Positions 30,649-41,251 of a stretch of DNA of 64,000 nucleotides are shown one piece after another. Origin of the DNA: Abditibacteriaceae bacterium (GTDB lineage: Bacteria; Armatimonadota; Abditibacteriia; Abditibacteriales; Abditibacteriaceae); NCBI GenBank assembly GCA_965277285.1, contig OZ255721.1, positions 1,056,001-1,120,000 of the forward strand, read 5' to 3'. Under the pieces are notes generated by a model that was not told the origin of the DNA, ran no database searches, and saw nothing but the letters and a program-made list of their open reading frames with translations. The translations under genes and the position numbers were made by a program. Within the stretch, counting starts at the first letter, position 1. The number at the start of each line of letters is the position of its first letter.

Positions 30649-31734
30649 TTAAATCAGCAGCCAGTTCGCGCCATCGCTGACGAAATCCAACGCTTGTTGA
30701 GGCGTGCCAATGACTTTAGAAGCCAAGCCGTCAATCGTTTGACTGCTCGTCGTAGCCACTGTTAGTAAATTCGCTCCGGCATCAATTTTCTTGATGGTGA
30801 ACTTTTGACCAGCAATACCGACCGCCGTGGGCAGCGTAATCGTGAAGCCTGCGGCTGTGGTGTCGCCTGTAATCACATCGTCAGTCAAAGCCGCTGTATA
30901 AGCCGCTGTCTTGCTAACCAAGCTGTATCTGTGTCCTGAAACCAAAGCGCCGCTTTTCTGGTGAAGCGCTCCCGCCACAATATCAATCGTGACGCCATCA
31001 ACCACAGCAGCCAGCGTGTTTCCGGTTTTGGTCAAACCGCTGCCAGCTTGAACCGCAGCCGTCGAATATGATGCAAACGAAAGCGGCGTGGTATCCGGCG
31101 TCACCGGCATTGGCGTGACCAAATACCATTCTGTCACAGTTTGGTTGGTCACACCTTCGTCGCCGACCTCAAAGGTCATGGCGTTCGTGATGGTATCCGT
31201 CGAACGTGCCCATGCGCCAGCTGCCGCCACCCAGATGCCGTTTTGAGAAGCTGTCGTTTGGTTCAAAACGGCGATGCGGTCACCGGCATTGAGCGCCGCG
31301 CCCCAGTCTCCACCGGCTTGCGTTCCCAGTCCCGTGAGTGCGATGTTGGCAGTAGTCAGAAATCGGCACGCATTTTTCCAAGTGCGGCCAGCAAAAATTG
31401 CGTTCACCTGGCCTTGCGTAATAGCGTCGCTGTCTGCAACCGAATTGCCGACGTTTGTTACTCTGTGTCCGCCGTGATTCACGTCGTTTGTAAATGTGCG
31501 CGAACCATCAGTGCGCGAGTATTGCGGATGGTCGTCGTTTGCGAGTCCGGTCAGGTCGCCATGTGCTTCATCGGTGGTGTTTTCCCAGACGGCGGCGTTG
31601 GCAGTGGCATCAACGCACGTCCAATCGTTTTTCAGGTTGGTGTCGATCCATCGACTGCCGACCTCGAAACCGCGTAAAGTGTCGGATGTAGCAACGAGTG
31701 GCGTGGTGGCTTTGAAAGCGGGTTTGTAGGACAT
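30649..31734 (-). CDS. Tail fibre/appendage-like protein
   Basis: GFEVGSRWIDT; HGDLTGLANDDHPQY; WKNACR...GDRIAVLNQTTASQNGIWV; C-terminal TITLP...IKKID...SDGANW module. Confidence 0.7.
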   Translation of the reverse strand: MSYKPAFKATTPLVATSDTLRGFEVGSRWIDTNLKNDWTCVDATANAAVWENTTDEAHGDLTGLANDDHPQYSRTDGSRTFTNDVNHGGHRVTNVGNSVADSDAITQGQVNAIFAGRTWKNACRFLTTANIALTGLGTQAGGDWGAALNAGDRIAVLNQTTASQNGIWVAAAGAWARSTDTITNAMTFEVGDEGVTNQTVTEWYLVTPMPVTPDTTPLSFASYSTAAVQAGSGLTKTGNTLAAVVDGVTIDIVAGALHQKSGALVSGHRYSLVSKTAAYTAALTDDVITGDTTAAGFTITLPTAVGIAGQKFTIKKIDAGANLLTVATTSSQTIDGLASKVIGTPQQALDFVSDGANWLLI

Positions 31735-31753
31735 GGTTTTCCTTTGTGGCTAA

Positions 31754-32587
31754 TTAAAGAATGATGTATTGAAGTCCGTTAGAGAAAATCGTGAAGTTTT
31801 CCCATTGGCGCATTGTGCGCACGAGGCTGAGGCCGCTGACGGTTTGGCCGTTGGGCGGCTGGATTGTGAGAACGTTGAATGTGGCATTGACTTTCACGAT
31901 GTCGAAGGTCTTGCCTTCCACTGTCGCCGGATCGGGCAGCGAGACTATCAGTGGTGCGCTCGAAGCATCACACAGAATCACGCCATCGCTGGGCACGACC
32001 GTTGTGTTGCTGTTCGTTGTACGATGCGCGCGATTCACGACCGCGCTGTCCGCCGTCAAAGCGTGTCCGGCGTTGGCGGCATAATTGGCGCTGTCGGCGT
32101 GCGTCACGGTCGCCACAATTGGCAAAACGCTAAACGTTGCATGATTCGCATCCAACGCCGCGCCGTCGCGGTCAGTGATGGTGAACGGCGTGCCGGTCGT
32201 AGGTGTCAGAGCCGCCTGTGTCGTTCGCGGCAAAGGAAACCCAACGCTCGCGCCGCGCCCACCTAAAATCAGGCGCGCATTGGTGAAATTCAAGACTGAA
32301 CTTGTTGTGTTCTCGATCACAAAAAACAGCCGCTTGTACACGTTGTCACGAGCGCGCGTTTCGGGCTGGAATGTTTGATCGAGTACGCGAAAGTTCAAGC
32401 CGTCGATGGCGTCCAATGTCGCGCGCGTCAACTGCGAGTACTCGATTGGTAGACGTTTGTCGTCATCGGTCAATGACGACAGATCGACTTCGCCTTTCCA
32501 CAAGCTGTTCGCGGGCATATTGACGGCGCTTAAAAGCAGTGTCGCGGTGATGTAATCGACGCCGGCGGGAATCAGTGTGTTGCTCAT
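31754..32587 (-). CDS. Tail fibre/appendage-like protein
   Basis: C-terminal DASSAPLIVSLP...IVKVN...TVSG...SNGLQY module shared with the two downstream genes. Confidence 0.6.
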   Translation of the reverse strand: MSNTLIPAGVDYITATLLLSAVNMPANSLWKGEVDLSSLTDDDKRLPIEYSQLTRATLDAIDGLNFRVLDQTFQPETRARDNVYKRLFFVIENTTSSVLNFTNARLILGGRGASVGFPLPRTTQAALTPTTGTPFTITDRDGAALDANHATFSVLPIVATVTHADSANYAANAGHALTADSAVVNRAHRTTNSNTTVVPSDGVILCDASSAPLIVSLPDPATVEGKTFDIVKVNATFNVLTIQPPNGQTVSGLSLVRTMRQWENFTIFSNGLQYIIL

Positions 32588-35418
32588 GGAGTTGTCACCT
32601 TTGCCGCGAAGCCGACCGGCTTGAATGAAATCGGGTTGCGGCGCGGCGAAAGTCCTCGATACGCCGTTTGTTCGTCCTGGGGCGCCATCTGCCAGCGGAA
32701 CCAGAACGCCGTGCCGTTAGCTGGATCGACGCTTGTGCCGCCCCACAACATTTCGTTGATGACCGCAGGCGAACCTCCCTTATTGGGATCGCCCGACGCT
32801 GGAATCAGAACCGCTGACAATCCACGCAAAGAAGGCGAACTGAGAATTCCCATAACGGTTCGATTCGCGGCGAAACCAGCGGCCACGTCTCGATATAAAA
32901 CGTTCCCAACTGAAGCGACGCCACGAGGAATCGGCGCCGCGCCCTGCAGCTCGCCCAGCGCTTGGATCGCAGCAGGAAGTGTCGCAATCGGCACGAACGA
33001 GGTCGTGGTCACGTTGTTGGCCGTCGTGCTGGTAGTCGAGTAAATGCCGCCCTGCACATCCGCAAAATGCAGTGTGGGAACAACGACGGTTCCAGCGACC
33101 GGCGTTGTCGTTTGTGGCGGCGGTTGAGGGAGCAGGAACGCGGTCACGGCGGCGCTGTGCGTTCCTAAAAACGTAGGGGCGCTATCAGCGCTTTTCCACG
33201 AGTAGATTTTATGTGATGTTGTCGCAAAATACAGAACGTCGTTTGTCGTGTCGTTGTAAACATCGGTTACGGTCACGACCTCGCCGAGCGTGAACACTTT
33301 TTGAAAGTCGCGCGCATCGTGGCGCCACAACGTCATATCGTTTGAAGAGTTGTAGATGATGGCGACGTGCGAGGAAAGTTCTTCCACCGAGAACGGCGTG
33401 CGCGTTTCCGAGACCGGCATAAAATCGCCGTCTTTATCGGCATTGTCCAAATCACAAATGCGAACGCGCAAGGTGTCCAAGCAGAAAATCTTGTCGGTTG
33501 AGAGGCGCGCTGCGCTTGTGGCGTCGCCCATCCCGCGAGTACTTAAATCTAAAATCGTCGTGACGCCCGTTGGATCAATCGAAAACACGGTCGCGGGCGA
33601 AAGTCCAAAACCCATCAAGCCATCACCTCGTGCCCGCAACTTGGGCAGGCTCGCGCACGGCGTTGCGTACTTGGTGAAGGTTTCCACGGGCACGCCGACA
33701 AAACGCAATAACGCGGTTTCATCGGTTGTGGCCGTCGCGCCCAGTGTTTGATCGCCGGTTACTTCGATGTTTCTTCCAAAACGCACCGTACTCAAAACCG
33801 CTTTCTGCATTCGCTTGGTGTCCGTTAGCACTTGAACCGCCGTGGAATTGGCGGCCAGACGCGTTCCGAGAGGCGAAACCGCGAACACGCTCCAAAAGAA
33901 CTCCGAGTACTCGAATCCCGTTGCGGCGCGGTCAAACTCTGCCATCGCCATGAGTTTGGTCAAGCGTTCGCCGCGCGCGCCGATTTCTCCTGAACGAATC
34001 GTGTCAAGCGGCACGTCGAGCCAGTCGAGTTGATTCCACAGTGAATTATCAACGTTGACCTGAATCGAAACGGGAAGTGAATCCAGTCCCGAAGCGTCGC
34101 GCGCGGTTGCCGACAGCGTGATGGTGCCCTGATAATCGAGCAAACGCGTGTCAACGAAACCTTTCCACACGCTATCGGCGTCAGTGCCTGAAATGCGTGT
34201 CATCGCCGGATTCTGTCCGCCGACGTTGACTTGTAGGGGCGTTGTCGGATCAAGGCCGTTTGTGCTTTTGATTTCGACAACCAGAGCAACCAGGCCGTTT
34301 ACGCTGCTACTGGCGTCGGGCTTTATCCACGCTGGCACCGCGCCGCCGACCAGCGACACGTTGAGTAAAGGCGACGGCGGACTGTCTCCGAACTGATTAA
34401 ACGCGATGCAAAAATAGCTTTCAACAGGAACCGGCAACGTATCGACGAAATTCGCGGTCGCGTCGCTGGAAAGCAGAACGCTGTTTTGAGGCGTGCCGCG
34501 ATAAAGTCTCAATCCTGTTGCCAGAGTAGGAAGCGCTGGCCAGGCAATCGTTGCAGTTGTTCGAGTACTCGAAACGAGCGCGGGCGCACCAGGCGCGAGC
34601 GGCGGCCATTGATTCGGTTCGCATTGATTCGTGCGCGGATCGAAAAAGTAACCGTCAGGGCAACAATGAAAGTCACCCGAACCGCTGCCACTTCCCGAGC
34701 CTGAGCCGCTGCCGGAACTGCTGCCTGAGCCGCTGCCAGGTGATCCGCCCGAACCAGTGCCGCCTACAAATCCACCGGAGCCACTGGGCGAACCACTGGG
34801 GGAGCCGCTGCCGGATGGCGTTCCTGTTCCTGAACCTGAGCCGCTGTGTGAAGTTCCTGAACCGCTACTGGTGCCGCTTCCTGAATTGTTCGGTGTCCCA
34901 CTACCGGTTCCGCTGCCCGTCCCCGAACCTGTTCCTGTTCCGCCACCACCGCCGCCACCACCGCCGCTGCCAGTTCCCGCGCCACCGCCCGAACCGCTTC
35001 CTGAACCACCGCCTAACCCAGTGCCGGAAGAACTGCCTGACCCACTGCCGCCCGAACCGCTGCCGCTACCTGAACCACTTCCTGAGCCACTACCACTACC
35101 GGAACCAGAGCCAGAACCGCTTCCGCTGCCCGAACCCGATCCGCCGACTACATCGAACGTAAATGCCGTGAATGTCGGGTCAAAGTAGCTATTTCCGGTA
35201 TATGTTCCGATCGCTGCGTTAGACGGAACCGTGATTTGTGAGGACGGAGAAACCGCCCATCCGTTCGACGAGGAGGTGTCTCCCAGGGTTGCTGCGCTGC
35301 CGCCGTGCCCCGCACCGTCCGAAACGACCCACTTCCCGTTCCCTGACTGGGGCTGTGAAACGGAACTGGTGACAAGTGCTTGACCAGTCGTGCCGCGCGC
35401 GATTTGCGGATTTGCCAT
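32584..35418 (-). CDS. Large virion-like protein with Gly/Ser low-complexity tract and FN3/Ig-like segments
   Basis: 944 aa; about 155-aa GS tract; TIAWP...YFCIAFNQFGDSPPS FN3-like pattern; TLSATARDASG Ig-like pattern. Confidence 0.7.
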   Translation of the reverse strand: MANPQIARGTTGQALVTSSVSQPQSGNGKWVVSDGAGHGGSAATLGDTSSSNGWAVSPSSQITVPSNAAIGTYTGNSYFDPTFTAFTFDVVGGSGSGSGSGSGSGSGSGSGSGSGSGSGSGSGGSGSGSSSGTGLGGGSGSGSGGGAGTGSGGGGGGGGGTGTGSGTGSGTGSGTPNNSGSGTSSGSGTSHSGSGSGTGTPSGSGSPSGSPSGSGGFVGGTGSGGSPGSGSGSSSGSGSGSGSGSGSGDFHCCPDGYFFDPRTNQCEPNQWPPLAPGAPALVSSTRTTATIAWPALPTLATGLRLYRGTPQNSVLLSSDATANFVDTLPVPVESYFCIAFNQFGDSPPSPLLNVSLVGGAVPAWIKPDASSSVNGLVALVVEIKSTNGLDPTTPLQVNVGGQNPAMTRISGTDADSVWKGFVDTRLLDYQGTITLSATARDASGLDSLPVSIQVNVDNSLWNQLDWLDVPLDTIRSGEIGARGERLTKLMAMAEFDRAATGFEYSEFFWSVFAVSPLGTRLAANSTAVQVLTDTKRMQKAVLSTVRFGRNIEVTGDQTLGATATTDETALLRFVGVPVETFTKYATPCASLPKLRARGDGLMGFGLSPATVFSIDPTGVTTILDLSTRGMGDATSAARLSTDKIFCLDTLRVRICDLDNADKDGDFMPVSETRTPFSVEELSSHVAIIYNSSNDMTLWRHDARDFQKVFTLGEVVTVTDVYNDTTNDVLYFATTSHKIYSWKSADSAPTFLGTHSAAVTAFLLPQPPPQTTTPVAGTVVVPTLHFADVQGGIYSTTSTTANNVTTTSFVPIATLPAAIQALGELQGAAPIPRGVASVGNVLYRDVAAGFAANRTVMGILSSPSLRGLSAVLIPASGDPNKGGSPAVINEMLWGGTSVDPANGTAFWFRWQMAPQDEQTAYRGLSPRRNPISFKPVGFAAKVTTP
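34680..35150. repeat. Coding low-complexity (Gly-Ser)n repeat
   Basis: Degenerate hexamer repeats encoding GSGSGS on the minus strand. Confidence 0.85.
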
Positions 35419-36860
35419 TAGGTATCACCGCCGCGAAGAAAGCCGAGTACGTGATTCAAAACCTGATGCGGCGTCACGCTTGTCATAGCACTGCAACCGG
35501 AATCGCAGTGCGCGACATAAGTGCCGCTTTGATAGCGACACGGCGAGCACGTCGTATTTTTCTCTGGCATGAGGGAGATAATGTTTGTTTGGCTCCACAA
35601 AAACCTGTCTGGCAGTTGCGCATGAATCGCAATGGACGGCACCTGGAGCAATCCCGCAAAGTGCGACATCCCTGAGTCGATGCCGATAAAGCACAGTGCG
35701 CCGCACATCAATTCTGCGACACTGCTTTCGTTTAAGCCCAGAAACCATTGCGTCGTCGCACTACAAGAGCCGAACAATTCCTGTAATCGCGTTCCTTGAT
35801 GCGAAGTCCCGACCGCGACCAATCGAATGCCGTTCTGATCCAGCAAATGCGACAGGTAGCGCCAACTCGTATCCGCCCATTCGCGCGTCCGATAATTAGA
35901 AAACGGCGAAACCAGAACATACGGCGCCAGCGGTAAAGCAAACAGGCCATGAACCGAGTTATCGACGTGAGCGGGCGCGACCGGCGTAAACGGCTCCATT
36001 GGCAACAAATCGGCAGTCGCATCGCAATACCATTGCTTGCGGTCATCCGCGTGCGTCAGCTGTGCAATGTAATCGCGGTTCATATCCACGCCGATGCCGG
36101 TTCCCGCAACGACTTCGACGCCCGGATGTGACACACGCGCGAACCAGCCTGGGTGCCCGGTGTGCAAACGAACCATCTTTTGAATGCCTTCAATTTTCAA
36201 GCGTTCGGCGAGTCCACACGTCGCATAAAGCCCGCAAATTGAGTCACCGATTCCCGTCGCGCTCAAGCACAAGTCAAAAGCGGGTGGCTCGCCTTTGACG
36301 AGCATCGCCTGGTGCGGATGCGGACTGGTGAAACTCAAATCATGCGCTTTCGAGTACTCGGTCAAAGCGCGTTCGACGCCTGGACAGTTCTGCCATTGGA
36401 AATCATCGAAGAGCAGAATGCCGCCGTCAACTAAGCGCGGGTAAAACCATCCGAGAGCGTCTTTGGTGGTCTGGTATTGATCGCCGTCGATGTGAACGAA
36501 AGCGAAAGTTTCATCTTCCAAGGTATACGCAGTCGAAGGAAAATAGCCTTGTCGAAACTGCGCGTTCGGACAATCGCTTAAAAATGCTTCAACGGCGCGC
36601 AGGCTGGTATCTGCAAAATCTCCAACTTTGTGGACATCCACAGCATTAGATTGAGGAATGCCCTCGAAAGTATCGAAGAGGTAGCAGCAGCGATGCGGCG
36701 CGCTGCGAGCGATGAGGCGTGCTGAACCGCCTTTGTAGACACCGACTTCCGCCGTTGCCCCGGGCAGAAACGCGACGCGTTCCAGACAGGCCGCGATAGT
36801 GCTCAGTTTGCCTAAGCCTAGGAGAGAATGACTGTTGGCTTCTTCGATAAGGGTTTGCAT
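35418..36860 (-). CDS. TylF/MycF-type O-methyltransferase fused to a GT9-like glycosyltransferase
   Basis: N-terminal EVGVYKGGS, FDTFEG, HIDGDQY, FDDF; C-terminal GIGDSI and FIGIDSGMSHFAGLLQVPSI. Confidence 0.8.
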   Translation of the reverse strand: MQTLIEEANSHSLLGLGKLSTIAACLERVAFLPGATAEVGVYKGGSARLIARSAPHRCCYLFDTFEGIPQSNAVDVHKVGDFADTSLRAVEAFLSDCPNAQFRQGYFPSTAYTLEDETFAFVHIDGDQYQTTKDALGWFYPRLVDGGILLFDDFQWQNCPGVERALTEYSKAHDLSFTSPHPHQAMLVKGEPPAFDLCLSATGIGDSICGLYATCGLAERLKIEGIQKMVRLHTGHPGWFARVSHPGVEVVAGTGIGVDMNRDYIAQLTHADDRKQWYCDATADLLPMEPFTPVAPAHVDNSVHGLFALPLAPYVLVSPFSNYRTREWADTSWRYLSHLLDQNGIRLVAVGTSHQGTRLQELFGSCSATTQWFLGLNESSVAELMCGALCFIGIDSGMSHFAGLLQVPSIAIHAQLPDRFLWSQTNIISLMPEKNTTCSPCRYQSGTYVAHCDSGCSAMTSVTPHQVLNHVLGFLRGGDT

Positions 36861-36918
36861 AATTCGAGTACTCGATGGTCGTTATTTCAAAAAACGCGAT
36901 ATTTCTATAATAAGGACG

Positions 36919-37614
36919 CTAACCAACCTGCCTTATTTGCTTTTGCCGCAAATGAAAGCCGGGCGGAATCAGAAAACAACCTCGCACGCGTGTTTCTGCC
37001 GATAAAGGCAATCCGGTATGCCGCTCAAAACCGCGAGCGCGCACGTTGAAGTCGCCCAGCGCCGTTAAATCGTTCGTCGATAAAGTCGCACCTGGTTCGC
37101 GCGCGATGTCATGCGTGCCATCGACACTTATAAACAACCACGGATAAAGCTCATCGAGTACTCGACCGCCATCGAGCGTGCCGTCGTCGCAGGTCACGGC
37201 GCCGCCCAGATTAACAATTGAAACCGAGTAATCGAGCGTTTGCCCGACTTCGGGCCATTGAATAATAGACACAACGGTTCCAACTGGCATTCGTCCCAGC
37301 GCACACGCCGCATCCGTGCATGATGTATTGGGCAGCATTCCGCGCCCGTCCCAGCAAATCGTATCGAACTGCACTGTCGAATACGGCAAGACTTGACCGG
37401 CAGGCAACGAATACGAAACGACGGTCGAGGTCAACGGCAACAATACCAGCCAGATACCTGAAGTCGGCTGTGTTGCTGAGGGTAACCATTGGCCACCGCC
37501 GCTCAAGCCGGGCGCAGGCGTCCACTTGAGAAACGCCGGAAGTTTCGTTAAATCAATGCCGGACGCATCGGCGACCGAACGCGCGACAGAAAACTTGCGC
37601 GCGTCATTGTTCAA
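36919..37614 (-). CDS. Hypothetical prophage protein
   Basis: 231-aa ORF co-oriented in the structural cluster. Confidence 0.6.
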   Translation of the reverse strand: MNNDARKFSVARSVADASGIDLTKLPAFLKWTPAPGLSGGGQWLPSATQPTSGIWLVLLPLTSTVVSYSLPAGQVLPYSTVQFDTICWDGRGMLPNTSCTDAACALGRMPVGTVVSIIQWPEVGQTLDYSVSIVNLGGAVTCDDGTLDGGRVLDELYPWLFISVDGTHDIAREPGATLSTNDLTALGDFNVRARGFERHTGLPLSAETRVRGCFLIPPGFHLRQKQIRQVG

Positions 37615-37659
37615 GAAAAAGCAGAGTTTGGGCGCTGGGTTCGTTAGTTCGTAAACGCC

Positions 37660-39588
37660 TCAGCCGTCCGTTGGCAAACCGTTCTCATCCACGTCTTTGG
37701 CGACCATCATCAAGGTTTCGCGTGTGCCGTCGTCACTGATCGTGGTTGCAATGTTGCGCGGATGCAAATTGGTGGCAAAGGTGCGAAACAACGGATCAAC
37801 GCCCGAGGTGTCCAATCGCGCGACGGCGGGTTTGAGGTCGAGCGTGTGCCCAAAAGCGAACACGTATTGACCGGCGATGCCGATGTGTGCTAAGTCAAAG
37901 CGGCTGGTATCCCATCTCGCCAAAATGTCGCACGATTGCCCATTGAAACGACAAATACTTTGATAGCGAGCCGCTGGAGTTGTTGGTGTTGTGGTTGGGT
38001 CTGGTTGACTTTGAGTACTCGATTGTTGAGTACTCGATGCAACCGGTTTCAAGCCTTCATCTTCGATGTAATAACCATAAATCGACTTAACCGCCAGCGC
38101 TGCCAAAACGTGATGCGCTGCGCCGCGATAGGCTGCTTCCTGTCCTGGTTCGCCGGTCACAATCGTTGCCGGAGAGTAGGGAAACTTCGCGTTGCTGGCA
38201 AAGTCGCCGCCTTCGCATGTTTTGACCCACAAATCACGGTTCGCGCCCACGCGCAACGCCGCGCCACACCGTCCGCCGGGATGCGCATCAATCAAAACAT
38301 CGTGCACCGCATCATAAATGATCGAATCGCAGGGCGTCGTCGCGTGCAAAACGCCGTTGGGCCAACTCAGACTATTCACCATTCGAGAGGTCAACAAATT
38401 GCATTCGCATTTTTTGCTCCACAGCGGAACGGGCGTTGTCGTCGAAAACGGTGCCTGGTTCGGATTGTCATAGCGCACGACGAACGGTTGCGGCCCACTT
38501 CTGCCGGCCAACATGCCACCCAGCCAGAGCGAACCTTGATGATTTTCTATCGCACCCACAGCGCGGAGGCGCGGATCGACCACGACTTCGCTCAGTCCGC
38601 CCGTACCAATTTTCCAGAACGCGGGAAACGCTGCGTTCGGATGGCAATTCACGTCCCCGATCCAATTGCCTGCGCCGTCGGTGCCGGTTCCCACGACGAC
38701 TTTCAAAGCGCTCCATTCGCCACTGCGCGGCGCGGGCAGTCCCGACGCGTCGATTGCTATGACTTGACTTGTCCAGTCGGGATTCTTTCGGGTTGTTCCG
38801 GCCAGAACAGCGGCGTTGTGCGCCAATCGCAGCGGATGAGTCGGGTCAAATGGCAGCGCGCCGACGTTCCAAATCGGATCGTAATAGTAGACAATTCCGG
38901 TCAATCCGCGCCACTGAAATTGCGAGGGCGTTTGGTTGTTGCCGCTGACAGCAGCGTAATCGATGGGAAGTCCGCTCCAGGCCGGGCGCTGTGCCGCGAC
39001 GCGCGCGCGCAAAATATAGGAGCCAGCCACCGCCGAGTTTACGATCAGCGCCACGCCGTTGTTTTGCGCGTTCAAGGCGTTCTGCGCGCCCGCGTTCTGC
39101 GCCGTGTTGTCTTGCACGTTCTGATTTTGCGTGCTGTAATTGCCGGTCACGACTTCGCCGCTTTGACAATTGATCCACTCGAAGAGCCAGCCGGACGTTG
39201 GTTCGACAAAGCTCACCCTCCCGTCGGTGCGCTGGTCATCCACCGTGAAACCATGCTGTAAATGGAGAGCCACGCCAGCGGGAACGTGGGCGATTTCGTC
39301 TCGCCCGATGTCCTGAACGTATTCGGTCGCTTCGACAACGGACAAATTCAGCGGCGTGGTGATCGTCGGCAAAATCAAATAACCCGTGCCATTGAAGCCC
39401 CAGACGCCCCACATCAAGTCGCCACGATGCGGGTCATAGGCGTTGTTTTCGTTCCACACCGCCAAATCAGCGTCCGCGCCGCCGACCTGACCACCTGCAT
39501 AAACCAGCCCCCACGGTGCGCGCATCGCGCAGTGCAGGATGGAATCGGGAAGCGTGAGTTTTTCACCAATCAGTTGAAAAGGGAGCAT
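37660..39588 (-). CDS. Hypothetical prophage structural-like protein
   Basis: 642-aa beta-rich ORF in the cluster. Confidence 0.7.
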   Translation of the reverse strand: MLPFQLIGEKLTLPDSILHCAMRAPWGLVYAGGQVGGADADLAVWNENNAYDPHRGDLMWGVWGFNGTGYLILPTITTPLNLSVVEATEYVQDIGRDEIAHVPAGVALHLQHGFTVDDQRTDGRVSFVEPTSGWLFEWINCQSGEVVTGNYSTQNQNVQDNTAQNAGAQNALNAQNNGVALIVNSAVAGSYILRARVAAQRPAWSGLPIDYAAVSGNNQTPSQFQWRGLTGIVYYYDPIWNVGALPFDPTHPLRLAHNAAVLAGTTRKNPDWTSQVIAIDASGLPAPRSGEWSALKVVVGTGTDGAGNWIGDVNCHPNAAFPAFWKIGTGGLSEVVVDPRLRAVGAIENHQGSLWLGGMLAGRSGPQPFVVRYDNPNQAPFSTTTPVPLWSKKCECNLLTSRMVNSLSWPNGVLHATTPCDSIIYDAVHDVLIDAHPGGRCGAALRVGANRDLWVKTCEGGDFASNAKFPYSPATIVTGEPGQEAAYRGAAHHVLAALAVKSIYGYYIEDEGLKPVASSTQQSSTQSQPDPTTTPTTPAARYQSICRFNGQSCDILARWDTSRFDLAHIGIAGQYVFAFGHTLDLKPAVARLDTSGVDPLFRTFATNLHPRNIATTISDDGTRETLMMVAKDVDENGLPTDG

Positions 39589-39982
39589 AAAACGTGTTGG
39601 TTCGAGTACTCGATTACGATTAAAGCAACGCTAATAATTGCACGGAACAACGCATCTGTCCTGCTTTGGTCGTAAGGTCGTTATTAGCCAAAAAACAAAA
39701 AACCCGCGCTGCCCAAAGCGCATCTACTCGAAAATAAAATGCGTTTCGAGCAGCGGAGCTTTATGGCAGGCGGGTTTGGAATTCCAAATGCGGCCTTGCT
39801 ATGTCGGGCGAGACGCTTGCGCGTGCGGCCCAATAATTTGATTATAACCAAATTGGTTTATGTTCAGTAGCCGCTTATTCTTATACGCAACTTAGAGAGA
39901 AATTTGGTTTTTCAAGACGCGGAACAAATTTGTCCGCTAATTGGTCAAACACGCAAATCCTGTCTATCGGAGACATCTGTAA

Positions 39983-40347
39983 TGACCAAAGTAAAGTTCG
40001 TGTTAAGTCTGTGCTGCTTACTTTTCTCGATGTCGTTGTTGGGAGTTCACGCGCAAGAGACAAAAGAAGCGAAACCGTCAAAGTCTCAACTCACATTGGT
40101 TTGGATTGTTGACGCCAATCCCCATGAGTTTATTTGGCAAGTCGATGGGTTGCCTTCCTTTGCGTTTAAGTCACTCTCGTCGGATACGCTGCGAAACTGG
40201 GTTGCCCGCCTACCTGCAAATTCATCCATAGAATGGTCACCCAGTGATTTACGTATGGGCGGCGAACCCTCGGAAAAGGAAGTCAAGCAGTTCCAGGAGT
40301 TCTGCAAAGCGAAAAACGTTAAGTTCATTATTCATGAAGCTGGTTGA
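39983..40347 (+). CDS. Hypothetical secreted protein (inserted cargo)
   Basis: Signal peptide MTKVKFVLSLCCLLFSMSLLGVHA; opposite strand to the tail genes. Confidence 0.65.
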
Positions 40348-40520
40348 ATGTAAGTCAACATCTGCCGGATAAGTCGCTCCCCTGACCATCTACAGTCCCG
40401 CCGAGACAAAACGAGTACTCATCATCGAGTGCTCGTTTCTTTTGTTTTAGAGAGCGATAAGCACTCAAAGAGTTCCTCGAAACCATTGCGTCATTATATC
40501 TATTTCGATATAATCAATTC

Positions 40521-40853
40521 ATGCGATTACAAAGGAAGGGGCTTGTTGTCCTGCATGGCGAGATCAAGACGCCGCCTCTTTCCAAGAAAGCGCGCCTTGA
40601 AGCGGGCGGCTTAATTCGGCATTTGCAGAAAGGTTTTTCCCTTGAATTGCCCCACTCGCGTCCAATGCCGGACATCAGCGAACGCGTGCACGAATTACGC
40701 ATCGTTGACGAAAGCCAAATCTGGCGCATTATTTATCGCATCGACGCCGAAGAAATTGTGGTTGCCGAAATCTTTAGCAAGAAAACACCGGCCACGCCAC
40801 CGCAAGTTATAAAGACGTGTCGCAAGCGGTTTCGTGAGTACGATGGAGAGTGA
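40521..40853 (+). CDS. RelE/HigB (Gp49-like) toxin
   Basis: LHGEIKTPPLS, PHSRPMP, HELRI, WRIIYRID, FSKKTPATP. Confidence 0.85.
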   Translation: MRLQRKGLVVLHGEIKTPPLSKKARLEAGGLIRHLQKGFSLELPHSRPMPDISERVHELRIVDESQIWRIIYRIDAEEIVVAEIFSKKTPATPPQVIKTCRKRFREYDGE

Positions 40854-41251
40854 ACACGATGAACGAAACACAACGTAAGAATCTGGCAAAGATGGGAGGC
40901 CGCGAGGTTTCTCTGACCGAGTTTCTTGATTTGAAACCTGGCGAAGAAGCTTTGATCGACATCAAGTCCGATCTATCGGATGCGGTTCGTGAACTGCGCG
41001 AGCGAAACAGCGTGACGCAGGCGGAACTGGCGGCGCGTCTTCAATCGAGCCAGCCGCGCGTCGCACATTTAGAGCGCGGTGTTGGCTCCATCGACTTGTT
41101 TCTGCGCGCGCTGATTTTGATGGGCGCGACACCTGTGCAAATTGGCGCCATTATGAGCGGGCAAGGAATTCAGATTGCCAAGCCAAGAACTGCCCGAGCC
41201 ACCAAAGCATCACCAAAACGTGCACCAGGAAAGGTTTTACAGACGGCATAA
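40850..41251 (+). CDS. HigA-like XRE HTH antitoxin
   Basis: VTQAELAARLQSSQPRVAHLE; GTGA overlap with the toxin. Confidence 0.85.
   Translation: MNTMNETQRKNLAKMGGREVSLTEFLDLKPGEEALIDIKSDLSDAVRELRERNSVTQAELAARLQSSQPRVAHLERGVGSIDLFLRALILMGATPVQIGAIMSGQGIQIAKPRTARATKASPKRAPGKVLQTA

Noticed and set aside
34757..35188. Pro/Glu-rich (PEPLPEP) plus-strand ORF
   Set aside because: It is the antisense shadow of the Gly/Ser tract of the 944-aa minus-strand gene.
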